A stretch of 63,247 nucleotides of DNA, the filler included, from Sphacelaria rigidula (Eukaryota), in NCBI GenBank assembly GCA_964200075.2. It is 5 parts of 5 records of this genome, joined end to end, with 100 filler letters (N's around TTAATTAATTAA, not from the genome) between each part and the next. Parts side by side here need not be neighbours in the genome. Positions count along the whole stretch, not along the records: positions 50,681 to 63,247 come from CAXNAA020003619.1; 4 more parts are not named here. One strand, given 5' to 3'. The notes beneath the pieces were generated by a model that was given only the letters and a program-made list of their open reading frames with translations, did no database searches and had not been told where the DNA came from. Of this stretch, positions 53,818 through 63,247 are shown piece after piece; position 1 is the first letter of the stretch; each line of letters opens with the position of its first letter. A program made the translations under genes and the position numbers.

Positions 53818-55600
53818 GTGAGTCACGCTATTGACCGATGATATTGTCTGAAGCCACGTGCCTCCGCAATCGTTTCGAGAGCGATGAACTATCTGATGCA
53901 AGATGAAAAGTTGTCGCACGGCCTAGTGTTTAAAAAATGCCAACATAATGATTAGGTCATCCGATTTAAGCATGTAAAACAAAGTGTCGGGGTTGAGCGT
54001 GTAGGCTGTGCATGAGGATGAGGACCCCGTCCTCCGCCTGTCCCGGCCAGGGATGTCACGACTGATCTCATTGGGGGGGGAGGGTTGTTGTGGCTGCACA
54101 CTAGTTTAGCGCCAGAAATTCAGGCCCGGCCTCTAACACGGCTCGTCCGCGGGTCTATGATTCAAACGACGGTTCGCGTGTGCCTGAGGTGTAGACTTTG
54201 GATCCTTGGCTACTTTTCCTCGTGTTTTTCCGGTACGGTTTTCATACTTTTCGCCTTTTTTTTCGTTTTCGCCGCATTTTTGTTCTGTTTTTGCGCCTTT
54301 TGTTTTGTGTACCTTTCTTCTTTTTCAGCCCCTGAAAAAAGAAAATCGGCGCCTCAAATGTTTTTATGCGCCTCTTCTCTTTTTCGGGCTCTAAAAAAAC
54401 ATTATGGCCCTACACTTCGCAGACACGAGCATGCCGGCACATATATCTTTGCTTCGGTGCTTGGGTGCTTCTGGTTGTTGTCTTGCATACATATGTTTGT
54501 TGGCGAGATTTCGTACGTCTCACACGCTCAATGTCGTCCCTGCGGGAAATATCTGCGAGCCTTGCGACAAATCTACGATGTTGTCCCGAAAGTCCTCAAT
54601 TTGTATCCTTTGTTCTGCGATAATGTTTGACGTCCGGTTTTCTCCGACAAAAGGCAGAAATCTGTTTCGTTTCTCGCTTCTTTTGTTAGTCTCGGTGAGG
54701 TGGACCCTTCTCGCATTTTTGTGCATGGCAAGGCTGTGATTGGTCCAAACATTTCGTCATTCATAATCTTCACCTTGTCTCTGGGCCCTTTGCGAAGAAG
54801 TGGCGGCGGGGGGGGGGCAGTGGACGATCGTCATCGACGGGACGTGTTTAAGTGCATTTTTTCAGACCTTTCGTTCAATTCTCAGATTCCAAATGAAAAC
54901 AAAACAAAGCACATTCCAACGCCAGAGTTCTCAAGTAACATGCAGTCGGACTTACATTTTTCCGTTTGTCGCAACAATCGACAGCTCGGCTGTCGACATT
55001 TATCATGCTGATTCTTATGGCAGGCAAGAATAACCTGACACGAGCTGTTAATGTGATCCACATGCGCCGGGTTTCGGCCCAAACGCAGACACCTTCGAAT
55101 GTCGTGCTTCAGCCGTCAAGATTATTGCAGGACACCTTCGCGTTTTTCTGGTAGCCGTTTTTATTTTGGCTGAACGAACAACGTTGTACACGATTGTTGA
55201 CACCTGCGATTGTATTGCTGCACTCGTTGAGACGGTTCAAAAACACCTTAGCGTTTTCCGGTGGCCGCAGGTGATTTTTGCAACAGTTGCATTTTTGCCC
55301 AAGAGCGGTATGTTGGATAAAACACGGGGTGTTTTGTTTCCCGGCTGACCGTGCTCGGACCAATATACGAGTCTGGCAAATGTTAAACCTCTGCCCGCCT
55401 TCGAACGCAGAGTGTCTTGGGATCGTCCGAGCGAATACAGAATGACATATGAAGGACCAAAGAGACGACTTTATAGATTTATATTGTTGTTGCCCAGCAT
55501 CAGCTGCGTCAGAGAGGGAATGTGTTCGAATAAAAAGTCTGGAACATCGGAGAATAATAACCGCGTCAAGCGTCGCTGCTGCCTACATGCCTTCGAACAG

Positions 55601-55743
55601 CTACAAACGATGTCGGCGAGACTCTGTCCCCCCGCAACACGTACGTCAAGCTTTACATGTACATTGGGATCGTTACCTCGGTCCAGGAGAGGACGGGGAG
55701 TGATGCCGTCACGGGGGAACAAATAGCAAAGGAGTTCACGAAC
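55601..55743 (+). CDS. Exon 2: ParB N-motif and first helix of ParB-type HTH
   Basis: Acceptor cttcgaacAG. A phase-1 join to exon 1 gives ILGDATNDVGETLSPRNTYVKL...VTGEQIAKEFTN. Donor GTGAGT at 55744. Absent from the ORF track. Confidence 0.7.
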
Positions 55744-56217
55744 GTGAGTTATGGAATGTGAAAGACGAGGTACTACAAAACCGGGTCTGCATCACACGGG
55801 GACGATAGTGGTCATTGGGTGGAGTTTAAAGTCGCCTTGTATCATGTGTGCGCCGCGGGCCATTTATGCTACATCTCGGAACCGAGTCAAGTCCGCCTAT
55901 ATTGTTGTAAACTAGTTGCCGGAGAGTTTACGACGCGTGTACTGCGTCTCCCACCCGCTCACACGCCGAGAAATAATCCAGTGTGCAGCGAACACGACAG
56001 ACCTCGACCACGTATGTAATGCAGCACGCACGACGGTCGCAGTGAAGTTGCCGCTCTGGAGCGGGGGGGCGACGATTCGAATCGGGGATCGGTACCGATA
56101 TTCTGTTCAGTCGGGAAAAGTTGTGTACGGTAATATGAATCATTTTGAACTTCCACGGACGCTGAAACGGCCGACTCAGATTCACCGCATCTGCTATATG
56201 TTTTTCTCCACGGTCCG

Positions 56218-57426
56218 ATGGTGTCCCCTCGTTACCGAAAACAGCTGGGTTTGAATTCTCTGTCGCTGGTGACGATGCGGCACTGGCGAAAGGCCTGCTT
56301 CGCCACTACACCGGAAGCAATGAAAGCCATTGCCTGGGCGTTCCAGACGTCAGACCCCGGTATCGACGCGAAATGTATTTCGCTGACGTACCTGAAGTGC
56401 AAGGCTTACGGCAATCTACACGCCAAACCCGCAGCGCAATCGATCGCCGTCAATATGCTCGTAAGGCATGCACCGCCGGTACATCCAGTCGCTTGTTGTG
56501 ATAATCTCGAGTTATCTTCCATTAATTCGCCGCACCGAAGGATGACGACAGTGTGTCATGTGGTATGTGTCCTGTTTGATGGACCGTCAGGACCGATTTA
56601 TCCAGAGTATAACTACACATAACCCCCCCCTCCGCTCGAAGCAGTATACTTTCAAAATTGAGGATAGATTTTTTGGTAGAGGACGAAGCTCGGGAACCTT
56701 TATAAACATCGAAAAGGTTTCGAAATTGAAATGAAAAAGCATTCTCCGGCTGTGATGTGTGATCTCACTCATCGTAGCAAACAAAATATAAGATCAACAG
56801 TGTTTTGTACCGGAATCACTGGAGGACGATATCGTTCCGTATAAACACCGGAGGTCACGAATTGCGGATGGCTGTTTTCGAGGATGAGCGAGGCTACACA
56901 TCACAGGTGGAGAATGCAGATGTGTCTTTATTTCGAATTTATCGCGATGCTTATGAAAGATCTCATACCCAACATACCCAAACAACATTCATCCTCGATT
57001 TGCGACCGTACCACGCCAGACACGTTGTCTTGCTTGGACGGGCAGGTTTAAGGAGTGAGTGCCGTTAACCTGTAGCCCGGCCGCCGCCCGAGATAAGGCG
57101 CTAAGGCGCTCTGTCTATATCGAGACCACGTAAGCATGCGCCACCGTGTACGTAAATATCCCTGCATACTAGTCGATCTGTCACAGAATGTGGTGCGACG
57201 TTTGATGTTTTCGATTCCGATTTCTGTGAACAGCGGCGTGCACAAAATGATAGACGGTACGTACGGGTTGGAAGATTTCCAGCTGTTCGTGGGGGACTAT
57301 ACATCGTCCGTGAACAAGACTATATCAGAGACAAGAGAAAGCCTGCCGGCTGAAGAACAGGAAGGCGATATTATGAAGGAATTCGAGGCGGTCTACAAGG
57401 GAAGACTTTCACGGCCATTTGAGCTG
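56218..57426 (+). CDS. Middle exons (about 56218-56460, about 56793-56906 uncertain, 57187-57426): HTH second helix and helical region
   Basis: Donors at 56461 (GTAAGG) and 57427 (GTGCGT); acceptor tcacAG at 57185-57186. The acceptor for 56218 is non-canonical or damaged, and the 56.8-kb exon limits are uncertain. Confidence 0.45.
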
Positions 57427-57697
57427 GTGCGTTACTCCCCGTCGGTAGTTGACTATATCCTAAGAAAGTTGAGGCATATATTCGCTGTCGCGAGCTGATC
57501 GGTGACCGGCCTCGATGCTCAGGCACGGAAGTCAGCTGTATCTTTCCCGATAGTACTGGTTGAGGAGTGTAAAACACCACCGCCCACATACATCTGCACT
57601 CCAGAGACAAAGTGAAGACTTGCTGCCGTTGTCCCTTATTTTGTATCTTAGTTCATACTTGACATTCCAGAGATCTTGCCCTCACCGCCGTTCGCAG

Positions 57698-58318
57698 ATG
57701 ACACAAAGAGGGACCCTCAAGTCTTTCAGCGAAACGTGGAGGAAAAAATGGAACGCGATAAACGACAAGACAGCGCGTTTAAAACTCGTGGGTGGCGGCG
57801 GCGAGGAAGATGTGAACGACGCATCCGTTGGGGAGGCCGACGGCGAGGGTGAGGAGGGCCGGGACCGCCCAGCAGCGGGTAGTCGCGAGGGCAAAGTGTG
57901 CGAGTCGTGCAAACCCACCCTAGACGTCAGGTGAGCGTGAAATTAACGCACACAGAGTATCTAGTCGATGGGCGGACACCGAGAGACGCACACATCGACG
58001 AAGGCATTGCTCGCGAGACTGTCGATCGATTCGCCGCCGACATATATTCCTCTGTCCCCCTTCCCGCAGGTACCGATACACGCACTGCAGGGTTGCACAC
58101 CATACGTTCTGCGACCTGCTCGTCCCTATCTCAGAAGATGCGACTCAGGCCGAGCGAAAAAAGCACCTTGGCATATCGTGCGAGGGCGAGCCAGAGCGCC
58201 GGAAGAGGAACAAATTTCAGGATCCAGCCGAAGACGGCGTTACATCAAATAGCGGGAAGAAAGCGAGGAAGGCAAGAGTTCCCCGACCGCCCACCGGCGC
58301 CACCATGGAAGAGCAAAG
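57698..58318 (+). CDS. Exons 57698-57930 and 58070-58318: acidic linker plus PHD-like zinc finger
   Basis: A phase-2 join gives VCESCKPTLDVRYRYTHCRVAHHTFC...KHLGISC. This is C4HC3 spacing with two Cys positions read as Tyr (TAC) and Gly (GGC). Confidence 0.6.
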
Positions 58319-58419
58319 GTGCGAAGATCGACTGCTGCCGAGATAGCCGCCCCCCCCAAACCGGCCAAAAACGTGCACGGAGACGATGATCACAGTTGCC
58401 GCCAAAGCTGGGTTTGTGC

Positions 58420-58610
58420 TGTACGACGCGACTTATGAAAATTTGCGAGAGTACGCCAGGATTACTATTCCAATGTGCTAGGGATATCCCGAATAAATCT
58501 GCAAACGGGGATGCCCTTGCCCATATTCTTCTGCGTCTAGATAATTTAGGAGCCCCTGAACCAGACAAAATTTCGCGAAAAAAGTGCACCCCTACCGTAG
58601 CATTGCTCTA
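58420..58610. mobile_element. Intronic fragment of the 8341-9690 TIR family
   Basis: Reverse-complement matches to about 9280-9380 and about 8572-8645. Confidence 0.75.
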
Positions 58611-59626
58611 TAGACCTCTGTCACCCAAGATCAGATTGCCATGTGGACTCCTCCCATCACGGGCATATGGACTTCAGCAGCTTCAGTTATTTATGTATTG
58701 ACCCTCAGCATATTACAGGAGAGCAGGACCATAACCTCTCCCCACCAGAGTGGCAAAACCAAGCCTACTCGCCATGGAGGTCGCCATCACAGAGTCCGGC
58801 AACCAGACCCGCAACTCCACCTACAATGTCCCTGACCTTAGGTAACAATGGTGGCTAGGTCTACACACACGGCTCTCATGAGGGCGAAATTGCTGCAAAC
58901 GAGCCCAATAGTGGGATCGTGGCCGGTTCGTTGGGTGGTGCCGGTGCACTTTTTGTGGGGGGGGCTATCTCGGCATTAGTCTATCGCAGATCCAGACGAG
59001 CGTTTCCTCTTGTGAAAACAGTCGCCAGTGAATTTCACCTTTTCAGCACGTGTCTCTCAGCGAGTGTCCTTGATCACATAACCCTTACTTCCCCGCGGAT
59101 ACCCCAACGCAACAAATGACCAATCGGTTGGCAACTATGGCTGTGTAGCGTTCATACTCTCGGAGTACACCGTGAGAGTGTTCCTACGTCAGGGTGGGAG
59201 AGGGGAGGGGTGTGGCGGCGTAAGGCAATACCATAGGTCTTAATCAGACCCCAGCACTCGATACATATTGTCATCTTCTATACTGTGTTTGTTACCACGC
59301 TTATAATACTTGCGGTTTGTTTGTGCCGCGATTCTTCGAATTTGACAAAGTGCCGATGTAGCCCCCCCCCCTCCCCCCCCCCCCAAGAGTTGCGCCCGTT
59401 ACAAAAACACAGCACAGGTGAAGGCAATGAGATCGTACATTAAAGGGAGTAGGTGATAACTGCAGGCTAATAAAAATGAAATCGAAAATACGTAATGATG
59501 CCCCGTCGGGTAGGGTGCGTGTTTCGACGGTGCTTTTGTTGTCTGCCTCAGGATCGCACTTTACCCTCGTTCTTCCATCGGATATCGATATGTACCGTGT
59601 GGAATGGCCTTTGTTTTTTCGCACAG

Positions 59627-61569
59627 GCGCAAGAACTCCACCACGCACGCGGAACACCTACTTCGTAGAGGGTGTGAGCTCATCGATGGAGGCGACTCAC
59701 TAGCTGTGGCACGCCAGCCGAAGCTTATCCTCGTCTCCTTGGATGCCGAGAAAAGCATCCTGACACTAAGAGACGACCACGTCAAGAGATACTTCAAGCG
59801 GTTCGTGGGCAAACTACTGAGCGCCTTGCATCCTTTGGGGACGATCGCATTTGCCGTGCTGCGGCCGTGATTTCCGCATGGGAATCGAATCAGAGGTACC
59901 ACCGCACACGCAATACACAGAGGGGGAAATGCGGGATTTGAATGAAGGTGGTACGGAATCGTTTGGTACTAAGAATTGTAGCGAGAAAACGATCGCTATA
60001 CTCGGAGATAGATGGTGGCCACAGAAGGGGAAGCAGGAAGGGGATAAGATCTGTAAAGATTTTTGTGTCATGTATGGAAGAGACATCATGAGTGCCCAAA
60101 TGTTGGAGGTATTTATTGGGTGTAGGAACGGTTCTCCGGCTGAGTGTCGCGCGGTCAATGGTCAAATGGCGAAGGCAAGCAAAAATGACCATGCCCCCCC
60201 CCCNNNNNNNNNNGGGGGGAGGAAACGAGGCCCTGGCCCCCCCCCCCCCCCCCCTCCCCGCCCGACCGCCCCACCCCGCCCCGGCCCTCGCTGTCGCCGA
60301 CCCGTCTGCACCACGTCACAGACGCCATCACTCAAGACCACACCATGGCGCTCGAAGAAGACCCTGTCCTCATCGAATATTCCAGCAAACACGGGGGCTC
60401 TCGGAAGAGAGAAAAGAAATTCTATTTCTACCCGCATCACGAAGCCATCATGGTGGCCCACAAACGGTTAGAGCAAGAGGAAAAATGTTTCACGGTGAAT
60501 CAAAGGGTCACATTTGCCGACCCCTACGGCAGCACAATCAAGGTAAAAATGCCAGACTGCTGGAAGAAGATTAGCGGCGGGCAAACCGAGATGTTGACGT
60601 ACAAGCAAGGAGCTCCGGCCGGCGGCCCCGAAAATTCTTTCCCCCCGGGATTGTCGCGCACCTTCGTCTGGAGGTGATGGCGCGTCTGGTGGTTAATGGA
60701 AGGCAGCAGCCACCCCTCGTGATGTTGTCAGACGGTTCAGTCATAGTCGATATTTGTATGGATTGGTAGTTTTCAAACCGTGTACACTCGGTCCTGTACC
60801 ACTTTTTACTCCGATATGTTCGATCACCAAACTGTTGGGTCTTGTTTTTTCTCCCTCGTACTAGCGTATGGGAACTCGTCACGCGACAAGCGGGTGGTTG
60901 TATGTACTATTCTACCAGGGTAGCGTGTCACGAAAGGTGCAGATACATTCGTTGAGCGACGAATCTCACAATCGACCACTCTGCGCGGATCGCGAGGTCT
61001 CACTTTTGCGTCGTTAATCCAGCGTCGTTGCCTCTTCATATCCATGAAGGTTCACCAACAAGGGCGACGCTGTCCTTGGTGTTGGGCTCGAGAGTACACA
61101 GCTGCTGGAGATCGCCCTCCAAGGTGGGCGCCCTATCGAGCTCTTTCTCTCAGATGCCAGTCTCTCCGTCGTGGTGCATGATCACATAGAGAAGACGTTC
61201 CAGAAAGCATCCTCCTCTGGGCTCTTCAAGGTACAGAGAGCCACACCACGGCTAGGCGGTATACATGCGAATATAAACGTCGTGTTCCCTGATTGCCGTA
61301 GCGGCGGGTCTTTATGCAGGTGTAACAGGTTTTCGTTTGTGAGAGGTATCATCAACTCTCATCAAACTTTCAAACTGCCGCTGGGCTCGTTTTCACCCTT
61401 TATTTCTCGACAGCACGATATCGGCGGCGCAGTGTATGTGGGCCAAGGGTTGCTCCCGTCGAAGCTGCCGGCCGACACGACCCCGCCGGCATTGCTGACT
61501 CCTGCCGCCCGTACTTCTGCTGAAGAGGTCATGAAGACCGCCGTGCAGCCGTTCGGATACACAGTGGAG
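59627..61569 (+). pseudogene. Exons 59627-59895, 60322-60673, 61050-61230, 61414-61569: beta-class DNA amino-methyltransferase-like fold, one in-frame TGA (59868-59870)
   Basis: All junctions are GT-AG and phase-compatible (2,1,2,0). The motif order ELIDGGDSL / KLILVSLDA / LLSALHPLGTIAF / HHEAIMVAHK / SFPPGLSRTFVWRFTNKGDAVLGVGLESTQLLEIALQGGRPIELFLSD parallels the N6_N4_Mtase consensus lihGD / DLI.tDPPY / LkpgG / hE.ilv..K / FP..L...I...t..GD.VLDPF.GSGTT..aA...gR..iG.E. Confidence 0.72.
59917..60203 (+). mobile_element. LINE 3' fragment inserted in an intron of the MTase-like region
   Basis: Similar to 7085-7376 and ends in a C-run; lies wholly inside intron 59896-60321. Confidence 0.85.
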
Positions 61570-62389
61570 GTGAGAGTGCTTCGGGCGAGACAAACTGTGT
61601 TAATATGGAGTCTTGTTTACTTGCTTCTTGGCCGTTTGAGGGTCGCACAGTGAGGACAAGATGGTGATCAGGCTAGCGGGCACCTACGCACCAGTTTTGT
61701 TCATTTTCATATTTCTTGACGCGTTTGCAAGTGAAATATACTTTCTCTGTACCATACAAGAGGATACCCTAAATTGTACGGGCCCTTCACCTTGCCCGGA
61801 TTTTGGTCCGATCTTTTTATTATATTTTTGGTCAACTTTCGGTTGAAAGCATATTTTGTCTACATTTGGTGCTGCTTCGTACGAATGAAAACAAATAATC
61901 AGGCCCGAAAATGACCGCACACCTTCCTTTCTAAACTCCAGAGAAAAACAACATTCGAAAAAAACAATGAACAATAATCACAGTCGCGAATCAACCACTA
62001 GTTTTACGTATCACCGTGTGCTGACCCCGCTGCCTTCTTAACTGACAAACCTTGCTGGTAAAACCAGCGCTGTTCGGCTCGACAACGGCCAAAACCTTCT
62101 ACTAGTGCTTCGAAATAGTAGAATAAGTGCGATGCTCGGGTATATTTCGGCCCATTTAAAGTAAAGAACTCGTTATTCAAGGGTCTGTAAAAATATATTT
62201 TGGGACACGTAGGCCCCAAAATCGAAAATTCGAGTTATTGGGTGGGGGGAGGTAAGGGGGGAGGGGACACCCAGCCGTGTGTCCCCTGGTTTTTCGCCGT
62301 GGCGTTGGCGGATGTGGTCAGCTGCCGTAGATAGTAGAGATCCTTATACATTATATATAACAGGTTATATTCCATATATTATATATCAT

Positions 62390-63247
62390 ATATTTCATTT
62401 CATATACTATATTAAATATACTATATTGAATATATTACATATCATGTATTATGTTTCATATACTATATGTAATATATTTGTACCATATAATATAGGTCAA
62501 TATTACAGGTCTGCATTACACATATGCTTCTTTTTCTTGATATATGCAATATATTTATATATTATATACAATATATTTATATATTATATAATTATATATA
62601 AATATGAATATTCATCAAGGGGCAGCATATGCTACATTATATAATTAAGGCAAACGTCACAGTAGGGTATACCATGGTGCATTAGCGACAAACCTGGGTA
62701 CCCTCTTTGTTCGGAGGATAAATGAGAGCAGCTGATTGGCCAACGACATTTTCACCCGGCGGCGGCGGTAGACGGCCACGGTGTACCTTGCTGTGACTCC
62801 TTTTCTCCCAATTGTACCCACATGTGACGGGACATCAGTATCTTCCATCGGCCATCTTCGACGCAACAATCGCTTCCCGCCCTCAGCAAAGGGCCCCAAA
62901 ATACAGATCTTACCGCTGCAAACAACCATGCAGCCCGTGCAGAATATCGTGATACATATAATATATTTCATTTCATATACTATATTAAATATACTATATT
63001 GAATATATTACATATCATGTATTATGTTTCATATACTATATGTAATATATTTTGTACCATATAATATAGGTCAATATTACAGGTCTGCATTACACATATG
63101 CTTCTTTTTCTTGATATATGCAATATATTTATATATTATATAATTATATATAAATATGAATATTCATCAAGGGGCAGCATATGCTACATTATATAATTAA
63201 GGCAAACGTCACAGTAGGGTATACCATGGTGCATTAGCGACAAACCT
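62390..63247. repeat. Direct duplication of an AT-rich block at the contig end (period about 570 bp)
   Basis: About 62390-62696 is nearly identical to about 62963-63247, apart from a roughly 20-nt indel. Confidence 0.9.

Noticed and set aside
55024-55154. Alternative exon 2 for the ParB gene (GKNNLTRAV...)
   Set aside because: It is phase-compatible but reaches a stop with no good donor and sits in repeat-like sequence. 55601-55743 has both splice sites and ParB-like residues.
61231-61413. VVFPDCRSGGSL in ORF 61171-61653 as MTase motif I
   Set aside because: It lies within a GT-AG intron (61231-61413). The better positional match, GDAVLGVGLES, is in exon 61050-61230.
61570-63247. A further C-terminal domain (e.g. 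SET) after ...FGYTVE
   Set aside because: No convincing downstream exon or motif could be read; this is speculation only.

Overview
This is eukaryotic, intron-rich, repeat-dense DNA of about 50% GC, probably from a brown alga or related stramenopile (inferred from intron style, the ARMC6-like sequence and the LINE/MITE landscape). The window is not one locus. It is five contigs (1-12572, 12673-25243, 25344-37912, 38013-50580, 50681-63247) of steadily decreasing length, joined by artificial 100-nt N44-TTAATTAATTAA-N44 linkers. Most of it is decayed LINEs, SINE/LINE tails, TIR/foldback elements and simple repeats. Contig 4 carries five spliced exons of an ARMC6-like gene on the minus strand. 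Contig 3 ends in a spliced, damaged ORF resembling a tyrosine recombinase (Crypton-like). The main result is in contig 5: a manually spliced gene of about 11 exons (53406-61569, +) that the ORF track fragments. It reads as ParB/Srx N-terminal domain, ParB-type HTH, helical region, PHD-like finger and a full beta-class (N6A/N4C) DNA amino-methyltransferase fold with substituted catalytic and SAM-binding motifs. It lies head-to-head with a Chapaev/CMC-like transposase N-terminus, suggesting a DNA transposon carrying a chromatin-reading ParB-pseudo-methyltransferase. This copy has nonsense lesions. All domain calls are by-eye motif matches, not database searches; repeat boundaries are approximate.
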